From Scyliorhinus canicula (lineage: Eukaryota): a stretch of DNA of 64,000 bases. Shown here in pieces: positions 1-11,254 of the stretch. The first letter of the stretch is position 1. Each line of letters opens with the position of its first letter. The translations under genes were made by a program, and so were the position numbers. The stretch lies in NCBI RefSeq assembly GCF_902713615.1, contig NC_052162.1:118168574-118232573 (forward strand), in the 5' to 3' direction. The notes beneath the pieces were generated by a model that was given only the letters and a program-made list of their open reading frames with translations, had not been told where the DNA came from and made no database searches.

Positions 1-6
1 TCAATG

Positions 7-316
7 ATAATAATCTTTATAATTGTCACAAGTAGGCTTACATTAACACTGCAATGAAGTTACTGTGAGAATCCCCCAGTCACCACACTCTGGCGCCTGT
101 TCGGGTTCACTGAGGGAGAATTCAGAATGTCCAATTCACCTAACAAGCACGTCTTTTGAGATTTGTGCGAGGAAACCGGAGCACCCGGAGGAAACCCACG
201 CAGACACGGGGAGAACATGCATGCTCCGCACAGATAGTGACCCAAGCCGGGAATCGAACCTGCGACCCTGGCGCTGTGAAGCAACAATGCTAACCACTGT
301 GCTCCCATGCCACCCA
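7..316 (-). mobile_element. tRNA-derived V-SINE (HE1-like head/core) with a ...GTGACAAT(ATT)n tail
   Basis: On the minus strand: A-box-like GGTTAGCA, B-box GGTTCGATTCC and core GTGGGTTTCCTCCGGGTGCTCCGGTTTCCTC. The 3' part matches the short SINE family at 25740 etc. Confidence 0.85.
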
Positions 317-2665
317 TGTGGCAATCAATGTGGACATGCTGAAGTTCCGTAGTATCCTGAGGAAGTATATGTTTCTTGGTCGTAGTGTCGATATGGGTGG
401 ACCAGGACAGAATGTTGGTGATGTGCACACCTCGGAATTTGAAGCTGCTAACCATCTCCACCTCGGCCCCATTCATGCAGACAGGGGTGGGTACGATACT
501 TTGCTTCCTGATGTCAATGACCAGCTCCTTAGTTTTGCTGACATTGAGTGAGAAATTGTTGTCATTACACCATGCCACTAGGTTCTCTATCTCCCTCCTG
601 TAGTCTTGACTCATCGTTGTTTGATATCCAACCTATTACGGTCGTGTCATCAGCAAATTTGTAGATGGAGCGGGAGCCAAAGTGTTTATAATGACTGTAA
701 TAGGGGGCTAAGTACGCAGCCTTGTGGGGCCCCGATATTGAGGACTATCATGAAGGAGGTGTTGTTGTTTATCCTTACTGATTGTGGCCTATGTACCAGG
801 AAGTCGAGGATCCTGTTGCAGAGGGAGGAGCCAAGCCCAGGATTTTGGAGTTTTGATATGAACTTGGCTGGGATTATGGTGTTGAAGGTGGAGCTGTAGT
901 CAATGAATAGGAGTTGGACGTAGGAGTCCTTGTCGAGATGATCCAGGGGAGAGTATAGGGCCAGGGAGATGGTGTCTGCTGTGGACTGGTTGTGGCAGTA
1001 CACGAATTGCAGTGGATGAAGGAATGCTGGGAGTATGGGGTTGATGTGTCCAGCATCTCGAAGCACTTCATAATTAGAACAGTACAGCACAGAACAGTAC
1101 AGCACAGAACAGGCCCTTCGGCCCTCAAAGTTGTGCCGAGCAATGATCACCCTACCCAAGCCCACGCATCCACCCTATACCAGTAACCCAACAACCCCCA
1201 TTAACATTATTTTTTAGGACACTAAGGGCAATTTAGCCTGGCCAATCCACCTAACCCGCACATCTTTGGACTGATGGAGGAAACCGGAGCACCCGGAGGA
1301 AACCCACGCACACACGGGGAGGACGTGCAGACTCCACACAGACAGTGCCCCAGCCGGGAATCGAACCTGGGACCCTGGAGCTGTGAAGCATTGATGCTAA
1401 CCACCATGCTACCCTGCTGCCCATAATCATCGGATGGTAGTCATTGAAGCACATTATCTGATTCTTCTTTGACACCGGTATGATGGTTGTCTTCTTGAAA
1501 CAAGTGGGAATCTCAGAACGGAGTAGGGACAGGATGAGGATGTCCGGAAACACACCTGCCAGTTGGTCTGTGCAGGATCTGGGTGTACGACCAGGGATCT
1601 CATCAGGACCCATCACTTTCCCAGGGTTCACTTTCAAGAAGGCCAATCTGACTTTGGAGGCTGTGAAGGTGGGTATGGGTGTGCCCAAGGCTGCTGGGGC
1701 AGATGACAAAGGTTTGTTGGTTTCCTGCTTGAAATAAGCATCGAATGAATTGAGTTCATCGGGGAGGGCTGCGCTGTTACCATAGATTCTACTCGGCTTT
1801 GATTTTTTAGGTCATTATGTTGTTTAAGCCTTGCCACAATTGATGAGAGTCCATGATTTTAGCTTAGTCTGCGATTGTCTCTTGGCATCCCTGTTGGCTT
1901 TGCAGAGGTCGTACCTAGATTTTTTTTGTCTAGGTCAGGATCGCCTCTCAAACTCCTCAGATGTGGCCTTCTGTAGGGAGTGAATCTTCCGATTAAACCA
2001 TGGTTTCTGGTTGGGTAACGTACCTTCTTTGACACACAATCTTCGACACACTTGCTGATGAAGTCTGTGATGGTGCTGGCAAACTCGTTTAGGTTGGCTG
2101 CCGAATTCTTGAATATGGACCAGTCCACTGACTCCAAGCAGTCGCGTAGGAGCACTTCTGTAGCCTCAGACCAGCATTTCTACGACCTTCTTAAATGGAT
2201 TCTCCCGCTTAAGTTTCTGCCTGTATACCAGGAGGAGGAGCACCGTCTTGTGGTCCTATTTTCCGAAGTGCAATCGGGATGGATCGAGAAGTGTCCTTGA
2301 TGTTTGTGTGGCAGTGATCAAGGATGTTGGGGTCCCTGTTGGGACGGAGATGTGTTGGTGGAATTTTGGCAGTACACTCTTGAGGTTGGCCTGGTTAAAG
2401 TCCCCGGCCACGATGAACAAGGCCTCCGGGTATTCTGCTTCATTGTTATTTATAGCGGCTACAATTAATCAAGCGCCTTCTTCACTTCCGCCTGGGGTGG
2501 GATGTAGACCACTGTGATGATGGCAGAAGTGAACTCCGTGGAAGGTAGTATGGACGGTACTTCACAGTCGGGTATTCCAGGTCCGGGGAACAGTAGTTCG
2601 CCAGGGTCGCCACGTCCGAGCACCAGGAGGAGTTGATGAGAAGACAAATCCCTCCACCCACTCCA
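317..2665 (-). mobile_element. Rex1/Babar-type LINE, 5'-truncated and degenerate (APE + RT fragments)
   Basis: Minus-strand peptides [87 protein letters not shown] and LVAWCNDNNFSLNVSKTKEL. Frameshifted and interrupted by a SINE. Confidence 0.85.
1075..1422 (-). mobile_element. V-SINE with CR1-type tail, inserted in Rex1
   Basis: GGGCAGCAGGGTAGCATGGTGGTTAGC head and tail GGCCGAAGGGCCTGTTCTGTGCTGTACTGTTCTA; short ATAAT duplication on both sides. Confidence 0.9.
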
Positions 2666-2719
2666 GGTTCAGTCCTGGATGTGATTAACAGCAGGAATAA
2701 CAGCAGAATCCAACCAGTC

Positions 2720-3280
2720 ATCACTTGTGAACCCTTTGGTGTCTCAGCATGTTGGATGACTGAGTGAATCCTTCCCCACAGTGAGAGTAGGTGAATGGCT
2801 TCTTTCCAGTGTGAACTCGCTGGTGTGTCAACAGGGCAGATGAATCACAAAATCTACTCCCACAATCAGAGCAGATAAATCAAGTGTAAACTCAGTGGTG
2901 TCTCCGCAACGTGGATGACGTTCTAAACCTCTTGGTACAGTGAGAGCAGCTGAATAGTTTCTCCACAATGTGAATGCGCTGGTGTTCCATCAGTACCTGA
3001 GAGCTTTTAAACCCACTCCCACAGTCAGAGTATTTAAAGGGTCTCTCATTGCTGTGAGTGACATTGTGTTTCAGCAAGTGATGACCGAGTGAATCTTTTC
3101 CCAGTTGGAGAGGTGATCGGGCTCTCCCCGGTGTGACCTCGCTCGTGTTCCATCAGGTTGGAGGAGGTTCTAAAGCTCTTTCTGCAGTGAGAGGAGCTGA
3201 ACGGTCTCTCCTCAGAGTGAACGCACTGGTGGGACATCAGTAGCTGAGAACTTTTGAAACCCCTCCTCCAGTCAGAGCAT
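2720..3280 (-). pseudogene. Degenerate C-terminal C2H2 fingers of ZNF gene 1, cut off by a frameshift
   Basis: Finger peptides in other frames ([31 protein letters not shown]); some Cys are mutated. Confidence 0.75.
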
Positions 3281-4387
3281 TTAAAGGGCCTGCTCTTGGT
3301 GTGAGTGACAGTGTTTCAGCAGGCTGGATAATTGAGTGAATCCCATATCACACACAGTGCAGATGAACGGCTTCTCCCCGGTGTGAACTCGCTGGTGTGT
3401 CTGCAGGTGGGGTAACTGAGTGAATCCCTTATCACACACAATGCAGATGAATGGCTTCTCCCCAGTGTGAACTCGCTGGTGTGTCTGCAGAAGTGATAAC
3501 CGAGTGAATCCCTTATCACACACAGTGCAGATGAATGGCCTCTCCCCGGTGTGAACTCGTTCGTGTTTCCGCAAGCTGCCAATGTCAGTGAATCCCTTTT
3601 CACACTGAGAGCAGGTGAATGGCCTCTCCCCAGTGTGAACTCGCTGGTGTGTCTGCAGGTGGGATAACCGAGTGAATCCCTTATCACACACAGTGCAGAT
3701 GAACGGCTTCTCCCCGGTGTGAATTCGCTTGTGGTTCTGCAGGTGGTGTAACTGAGTGAATCCCTTATTACACACAGTGCAGATGAATGGCCTCTCCCCG
3801 GTGTGAACTCGTTCGTGTTTCCGCAGGCTGCCAATGTCACTGAATCCCTTTTCACACTGAGAGCAGGTGAATGGCCTCTCCCCAGTGTGAACTCGTTCGT
3901 GTCTCCGCAGGCTGCTAACGTCAGTGAATCCCTTTTCACACTGAGAGCAGGTGTAAGGCCTCTCTCCAGTGTGAACTCGTTCATGTTTCCGCAGGTTGCC
4001 AATGTCAGTGAATCCCTTTTCACACTGAGTGCAGGTGAAAGGCCTCTCCCCAGTGTGAACACGCTGGTGTGTCTGCAGGTGGGATAACCGAGTGAATCCC
4101 TTCCCACAGTCAGAGCAAGTGAACGGCCTCTCCCCAGTGTGACCTCGTTCGTGTCTACGCAGGCTGCCAATGTCAGTGAATCCCTTTTCACACTGAGAGC
4201 AGGTGAACGGCCTCTCTCCAGTGTGACTACGTTGATGTCTTTCCAGCTCGTGCGGGGCTATGAATCCCTTCCCACACACAGAGCAGGTGAACGGCCTCTC
4301 TCCATTGTGACTACGTTGATGCCTTTCCAGCCCGTACGGGCCTTTGAATCCCTTCCCACAGTCCTCACATTTCCATGGTTTCTCCAT
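3281..4387 (-). CDS. C2H2 zinc-finger protein (ZNF gene 1): 368 aa from MEKPWKC, 12 intact fingers plus a frameshifted 13th
   Basis: ORF 3281..4666 with tandem CxxC-12-HxxxH and TGERPF linkers. The first ATG is at 4387. Exon-2 acceptor TTGCAG| at 4745; exon-1 donor at 7821. Confidence 0.9.
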   Translation of the reverse strand: MEKPWKCEDCGKGFKGPYGLERHQRSHNGERPFTCSVCGKGFIAPHELERHQRSHTGERPFTCSQCEKGFTDIGSLRRHERGHTGERPFTCSDCGKGFTRLSHLQTHQRVHTGERPFTCTQCEKGFTDIGNLRKHERVHTGERPYTCSQCEKGFTDVSSLRRHERVHTGERPFTCSQCEKGFSDIGSLRKHERVHTGERPFICTVCNKGFTQLHHLQNHKRIHTGEKPFICTVCDKGFTRLSHLQTHQRVHTGERPFTCSQCEKGFTDIGSLRKHERVHTGERPFICTVCDKGFTRLSLLQTHQRVHTGEKPFICIVCDKGFTQLPHLQTHQRVHTGEKPFICTVCDMGFTQLSSLLKHCHSHQEQAL

Positions 4388-5697
4388 GGTCCAGGTGATC
4401 TTGCGTCGCACCACGTTGGACAATGAGCTGAAGCCTCGTCCACACACAGAACACCTATACAGTCTCTTCCTGCTGTGACTGGTGTAGTATTTTTTCAGGC
4501 TGTGTAACTGGTTAAAGCTTTTTCCACAGTCAGTGCTCTTGAACACTCTCACTCGGGTGTGTGTGTGTCTCGGTGCTTTTCCAGTCACACTGATGTTTAA
4601 AATCTCTTGAAGCAGACAGAACAGACAAACTTTTTTCCTTGTAGATTCAAAGGCCGATGATCCCAAGAATTGAGTGACTCATCCAGTTCTTGACGTGATA
4701 TTTAGTTTGAGATATCGGCCTCAAACTCCTCTTGTTCGAACTTCCTGCAAACAGATTTTACAATAGTAATCATTGTCAGTACAGGATAGAAACTCAGAAC
4801 AGACAATTCTAGTTTCTATCTAACGTTCTTTCCTCTCTCATTCCCCAAAACACTAAATCTCCATCCCACACACTCTCCCTCCATTCTCACTCTGCTATGT
4901 CTAATATTCACCCTCCCAATTCTCCTGAAGGTGCTGATTCAGGCTGATTGACAGATCCAAGCTCACAGAGACCTGAAAATCTTCATGCAGCTGCCAGACA
5001 GATATATGTCTATATTACTGAATGAAAAATGTGTGTAATATACAGACTGTATTCACTTTCTTTCCCTCCCAATTTTCCAGAAGGTGCTGATCAACAAATC
5101 TAAACTCACTAAAACCTGTACAAGAGGAGAGAATCTCCATATAAGGACATTTACTGATCAGAGATAGGGAAATTCTGAGGAAGAATTTTATTTAGTCATG
5201 GAGTGGACATGACAGGGAACTCACTGCCCACAAGGGATGTGGAAGTCCAGATGATCAATAATTTAAAATAAAATAGGATGGTCACTTGAAGAAAATAAAC
5301 TTGCAGGGGAACAGGGATATCGATGGGGAATGGGACTGACTGGATTACTGTACAGAGAGTCAGCATTGACTTGAGATACCAAATGGATTCTGTCAGTGCT
5401 GCAATGACTGTATGACTGGAAATATATAATGTGGGTACAGTACTATATTACAAAACTAGAACTAATAATACATGTATTTTATTACAGAACCATCAATAAT
5501 ATATAATTCATACCATATAACAACACTAGACATATCTCTGTCCGATATTAAATTTTTAAAAATTAATTTACGGGATGTGGACAATGCTGGTTAGGCCAGC
5601 ATTTATTGCCCATCCCCAGTTACCCTTCCGAAGTAGTGGTGAGTTGCCTTTTGAACTGCTGCAGTCCTTGAGGTGTAGGTACATCCCCTGTGCTGTT

Positions 5698-6270
5698 TTT
5701 TTTTTTAAATTTGTTTTTTATAAATTTAAAGTACCCAATTAATGTTTTCCAATTAAGGGGCAATTTAGCATGGCCAATCCACCTACCCTGCACATCTTTG
5801 GGGTGTGGGGGTGAAACCCACGCAAACACGGGGAGAATGTGCAAACTACACACGGACAGTAACCCAGAGCCAGAATCGAACCTGAGACCTCGGCACCGTG
5901 AGGCAGCAGGGTAGCATGGTGGTTAGCATAAATGCTTCACAGCTCCAGGGTCCCAGGTTCGATTCCCGGCTGGGTCACTGTCTGTGTGGAGTCTGCACGT
6001 CCTCCCCCTGTGTGCGTGGGTTTCCTCCGGGTGCTCCGGTTTCCTCCCACAGTCCAAAGATGTGCGGGTTAGGTGGATTGGCCATGCTAAATTGCCCGTA
6101 GTGTCCTAATAAAAAAGTAAGGTTAAGGGGGGGGTTGTTGGGTTACGGGTATAGGGTGGATACGTGGGTTTGAGTAGGGTGATCATGGCTCGGCACAACA
6201 TTGAGGGCCGAAGGGCCTGTTCTGTGCTGTACTGTTCTATGTTCTAACCACTGCCCCACCATGCTGCCCT
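5698..6270 (-). mobile_element. Poly(A)-tailed V-SINE with an 18-bp TSD, interrupted by a second SINE
   Basis: TACATCCCCTGTGCTGTT at ~5680-5697 and ~6270-6287; T-rich tail on the + strand. Confidence 0.85.
5902..6247 (+). mobile_element. V-SINE with CR1-type tail nested in the previous SINE
   Basis: Full head-to-tail copy, nearly identical to 36201-36535 and 57027-57349. Confidence 0.9.
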
Positions 6271-7549
6271 ACATCCCCTGTGCTGTTAGGGAGGGTATTC
6301 CAGGATGTTGCCCCAGGGACAGTGAAGGAACGACAAGATATTTCCAAGTCACAGTGGTGTGTAACTTGGATGCGAACCTCCAGGTGGTGAGGTTCCCAGG
6401 TATCTGCTGCTCTTGTCCTTCTAGATAGTAGTGGCTGTGGGTTTGGACGGTGCTGTCTGAGGAACCTTTGTGAGTTACTGCAGTGTATCTGGTAGATGGT
6501 ATACACAGCTGCTACTATTTGTCGGTGGTGGAAGGTTTGAATGTTTGTGGAAGGCGGCGCAATCAATCAGGCTGCTTTGTCCTGGATACTGTCGAGCTTC
6601 TTGAGTGTTGTTGGAGCTGCACTCATCCAGCAAAGTGGAGTGTATTCCATACATTCCTGACTTGTGCTTGTCGATGTCTGGTGGACAAGCTTTGGGGCAT
6701 CAGGTGGTGTGCTAATCGCTGTAGGATTCCCAGAATTTGACCTACCCTGGTAGCTACAGTATTAACATGGCTAGTCCAGTTCAGTTTTTGATCAATGGTA
6801 ACCCCCAGGATGTTGGTTGTGGGGGATTCAGCGATGGCAGTGCCACTGAATGTGAAGGGGTGTTGGTTAGATCTTCTCTTGTAGGAGATGGTCATTGCCT
6901 GGCACTCGTGTAGCACAAATATAACTTGCCACTTATTAGGCCAAGCCTGGACATTGTCCAGGTCTTAGCGAATTTGGACATGGACTGCTTCATTATCTGA
7001 GGAGTCGAGAATGGTGCTGAACATTGTGCAGTCATCCGCAAACATCACCACTTCTCACCTTATGATGGAAGGGAGATCATTGATGAAGCAGCTGAAGATG
7101 GTTGGGACTAGGATACTGCCCTGAGGAACTCGTGCAGTGATGTCCTGGAGCTGAGATGATTGACCTCCAATCAACACAACCATCTTCCTTTGTGTCAGGT
7201 ATGACTCCAACCAGTGGAGAGTTATCCCCCGATTCCCATTGACTCTAGTTTAGCTGCGGCTCCTTGATGCCATACTCGGTCAAATGCTGCCTTGATGTCA
7301 AGGGCAGTCACTCGCATCTCACTGCTGGCATTCAGCTCTTTCGTCCAAGTTTGAACTAAGGCTGTAATGAGGTCAGGGGCTGAGTGACCCTGGCGGAACC
7401 CAAACTGAGCGTCCAGGAGCAGGTTATTGCAGAATAAGTGCCACTTAATAGCAACTTTCATGACTCCTTCCATCACTTTTCTGATGATGGACAGTAGACC
7501 TACAGAGAAGTAATTGCCTGAGTTGGATTTGCCCTGTTTACTGTCCCCT

Positions 7550-8335
7550 TAAATGTCAGCCATCTCCTGGGGAAACCAGCCCTTTAATTGTGAACATTAG
7601 GAAAGAGACCATCCTTTTAGCCAGACAAATAAATGTGTCAAGCTGAGGGAGCAAAGGATGTCAATGTCTTTAAGAGAGAGAGAGAGACCTGAACCAAGCT
7701 TTCCAGAGTCTGCACCCTCTCTGGATTCACTTCTTTTCCCTTCAGTTGCTGCAAGTGACCAATTGAAGGTCAGAATGAGAAAAGAAATGGAAAGGGGGAG
7801 AAAAGAAAGTGCTTTACTCACAGATGTTGAAGACAGGAGTCTGTGTGCAGCTCAAGCTCATTCAGGGTTGGAGGAACAACAGCTTTGCTCGGCACAAACC
7901 TCCATGTCCAGCTTCCGCATAGAGACAATGGGGGAGCTCTGATTGGCGGAGGAGCAGAGTCCTTCCGGTCCTCCAATCTTCCCATTGGGCACCGCGGGAT
8001 TGAGCTCCCCTGCACATGCGCAGATTCCCCTATCCCTGAGACATTCGCAGTCCTGGGTTGCGGGGTGGGGCTTCTCGCTCTGGCCGAGATGTCAACCGGT
8101 TGCCTGGAAACCGTCATGACGATGTGCTGGGGGAGAGGATACCAAGGGTGGGGACGGGTCTTCTGTGTACTCGCACACAAATGTAGTGACGTCACCGCGG
8201 AATGGATTTATTCCTATTGGCTGATTTAGAGGACGAGCTCCTTTGTGATGTCACAATGTGGAGGTTGGACAATGAGTTTCAGACTAAAACTTCCTCCTCT
8301 GGGCAACATCTGGGAGCAAATCAATGTCTCCCCCT
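7550..8335. promoter_or_regulatory. ZNF gene 1 exon 1/intron start plus CpG-rich promoter core (cassette A)
   Basis: Minus-strand donor CATCT|GTGAGT at 7821. Contains CCAAT boxes, TGCACATGCGCA (NRF1-like) and TGACGTCA (CRE). Homologous to 38224-39180 and 60880-61760. Confidence 0.7.
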
Positions 8336-8808
8336 TTCAGAAGGTCATAAGAAAAAGGAGCAGAATTAGGCCATTTAGCCCATCGAGTCTGCTCTGCCAT
8401 TCTGTCATGGCTGTACTCATCCTGGATTTAATTCCACCGTACTGCCAGTTCTCCATTGCCCTTCAACCCATTACCAATTAAAATCTGTCTTCTCGAAATC
8501 TGAATTTAGCCCTTTACATAAATTGTGTGACGTTCATGGAAGTTTGCTAACTGGAGGGTTATTCTCATTAAATTCAGCCCTCAGCTCCGTCGCTGACTGT
8601 CATTGACATGAGCAATAGAGACACAGAAAGGTGCCCGAGGCTCAAATGGGAAGTCAAAACTTGTGACTTGAAACCAACACCTCAACATTTGTCAGTCAAA
8701 TCCGTGTTATTTATACTGGGGTTTTTATTATTAAATTTAGGCACTGGAGGCAAAGGGTGGGGCTTTTAAAGGGTAACTTTCACTTTCTAACTTTATATTG
8801 TTTATAGT

Positions 8809-9216
8809 GTCAGCCGTGGCTCAGTGGGCAGTTCTCGCACCTATGAACCTGAAGATTATGGGTTCAAGTCCCAGTCCTCCTCGCAGCACTGAGGGAGTGC
8901 TGCACTGTCAGAACAGCCTTCTTTCAAATAAGATGTTAAACTGAGGCCCTGTCTGTCCCTATCAAGTGGATGTTAAAGATCCCACAGCCATTATTTTGAA
9001 GAAGAGCAGGGGAGTTACCCCAGTGTCCTGGTCAATATTTATCCCTCAGTCAACATCACTAAAAACAGATCATCTGATCATTATCACATTGCTGTGTGTA
9101 AACTGATTGCCGCATTTCCTACATTACAAAAGTGATGACACTTCAAAAGTACTTAATTGGCTGTGAAGCACTTTGGGATGCCCTGTGGTTGTGAAAGGTG
9201 CGATAGAAATGCAAGG
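8809..9216 (+). mobile_element. Deu-domain SINE (SacSINE1/AmnSINE-like)
   Basis: tRNA-like head GTGGCTCAGTGG..GGGTTCAAGTCCC, core GATGTTAAACTGAGGCCCTGTCTG..GAAGAAGAGCAGGGGAGTT and tail GTGAAAGGTGCGATAGAAATGCAAG. Confidence 0.75.
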
Positions 9217-9280
9217 TTTTCAATTGAAGATACTGATCTTGTAATTGAGAATGTAATTGATTTCAGCTACCTCCAACTTA

Positions 9281-9631
9281 CATAGAACATAGAACAGTAC
9301 AGCACAGAACAGGCCCTTCGGCCCTCGATGTTGTGCCGAGCCACAATCACCCTACTCAAACCCACTATCCACCCTATACCCGTAACCCAACAACCCCCCC
9401 CCCCCCTCTTAACCTTACATTTTAGGACACTACGGGCAATTTAGCATGGCCAATCCACCTAACCAGCACATCTTTGGACTGTGGGAGGAAACAGGAGGAG
9501 CACCCGGAGGAAACCCACACACATGGGGAGGACGTGCAGACTCCACACAGACAGTGACCCAGCCGGGAATCGAACCTGGGACCCTGGAGCTGTGAAGCAT
9601 TTATGCTAACCACCATGCTACCGTGCTGCCC
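9281..9631 (-). mobile_element. V-SINE with CR1-type tail
   Basis: Same family as 1075-1422; absent from the duplicate at ~45480. Confidence 0.9.
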
Positions 9632-10204
9632 ATAGGAATCCATTTAATAAATTCATTTTAGGTTGGACAGCACTTGAATCAATTAAGACAAAGGCAGAAT
9701 TCTCTGGATAGTAAATTCAAAAATAGGTTTATGAAAAGAAAAAGGTTTACTGAACTTTAAGGCATTGACTTTTCCAACTTCATGCGGGTGATCAGTCTGT
9801 GGAAGCGTAACCCTCTCTGGCTCCATCTTTGACAGTAATTCTTGTGGAATTCAGCCTCGGGAGTCTGGCTCCTTCTTTGACAATAATTTCCTTGGAACTC
9901 GGCCTCAGGAGTCTTCAGTACTTGGCCAGCAAGGAAGACGTTCAGAACCTCTACTTTTATCCCCAAAGTGACCATTACCTCATAACATGACAATTGGTCA
10001 ATTTGGTCACCAGATTAATTGAATTGGATCCCCAATTACTGACACCACCTTCTCTCATTAACTTAGGCAGGAACACAATAGAACTGTTTCATACTATCCT
10101 TTTATCTGCTTTGAAAGAATCCCTTATTTTACAACATCAAATGATGAGTTTAATCTGACCTTGAAGGTCTCTCTTGCCAGTACATTTATCTTCATTACAC
10201 AGCC

Positions 10205-10438
10205 CTTTTTAAAAAATGTATAAATTTAGACTACCCAACTAGTTTTCTCCAATTAAGGGCAATTTTGCGTGGCCAATCCACCTATCCTGCACAATATTTT
10301 TGGACTATGGCGGTGTGACCCACGCAGACATGGGTAGAATGTGTAAATTCCACATGGACAGTGACCCTGGGCCGGGATCTAACCCGGGTTCTCGGCGCCG
10401 TGAGGCAGCAGTGCTAACCACTGCACCACCATGCAGCA
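10205..10438 (-). mobile_element. Poly(A)-tailed V-SINE
   Basis: Head plus AATTGCCCTTAATTGG..TCTAAATTT tail; the site is empty in the duplicate. Confidence 0.8.
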
Positions 10439-10470
10439 CAAAACATTCTTTACATATACAGCAATTAAGC

Positions 10471-10696
10471 TTTTTAATTAATTTAGAGTACCCAATTAAT
10501 TTTTTTCCAATAAAGGGGCAATTTAGCGTGGCCAATCCACCTACCCTGCACATCTTAGGGTTGTGGGAGCGAAACCCACACGAACATGGGGAAAATGTGC
10601 AAACTGCACACGGACAGTGACCCAGAGCTGGGATTGAACCTGGGACCTCGGCACCATGAGGCAGCAGTGCTAACCACTGTGCCACTCTGCTGCCCT
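10471..10696 (-). mobile_element. Poly(A)-tailed V-SINE
   Basis: GCTTTT duplicated on both sides; empty site AATTAAGCTTTTACA at ~46056. Confidence 0.85.
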
Positions 10697-11006
10697 GCTT
10701 TTACATTTTTACAGCAAATAAAAATCAGTCTTTTACAAGAACTACTGATTCATTATTGATTCATTCATTGTAACTGAATTAAGGATCAATCATCTGTTAC
10801 TGATTGGTGGCTAAATAAAACAGTAATCTGTTTTATCCATGGTAAACTGGTTCAAAAAGACAGTTTTGGAAAGACAATAGCTTTACTTCTTACTCATCTT
10901 GATTGGATTCAATAAACAGCCTTGTTGAGCCAGACATTGGCACAATTTAATGTTCTCTTTCTTGTCAAAATTATTGAAGAATTTATTTGTTTCAACAATT
11001 AATGCT

Positions 11007-11254
11007 TGTTAAGTAATGGGTTAAGAGACATTGCAATTAGTTGTCTCATTTATGTTACGTGTTCAATGATTGTCTCATTTATGTTAAGTGTTCAATGATT
11101 GACACTGATATGTAAAGGGGCTTCAGGTGGACTCTGGAGCTTGCGATGATCTGTAGAGTTCTGTGCAGAGTGAGTTTGAACCATTAAAGGTGTGCTGGTG
11201 GAAAAGGAGCTGAACTGTTGCCTCTTCGTACCACAGCATCTAGTACATTTTACA
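11007..11254 (+). mobile_element. Solo LTR (248 bp)
   Basis: TG...CA termini, 5-bp TSD ATGCT (11002-11006 / 11255-11259) and an internal ATTAAA; absent from the duplicate at ~46400. Confidence 0.75.

Larger units (their letters stand above)
5552..7537 (-). mobile_element. CR1-superfamily LINE 3' portion inserted in the ZNF gene 1 intron
   Basis: AQFGFRQGHSAPDLITALVQTW..LDIKAAFDRVWHQG and ILGVTIDQKLNWTSH. The intron motif ATATTAA|(C)TTACTGTCCCCT is contiguous at 28633 and 60823 but split here. Confidence 0.8.

Noticed and set aside
3316-4191. Alternative-frame and antisense ORFs over the ZNF arrays (also 39654-39956, 58765-59751)
   Set aside because: Shadows of the 84-bp finger periodicity.
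4388-4666. Non-ATG ORF starts for the ZNF genes (4666, 39677, 59617)
   Set aside because: The ORF track uses alternative start codons; the conserved ATG is MEKPWKC.
5898-6101. Recurrent short ORFs MVVSINASQLQGPRFDSRLGH...
   Set aside because: Translations of SINE copies, not a gene family.
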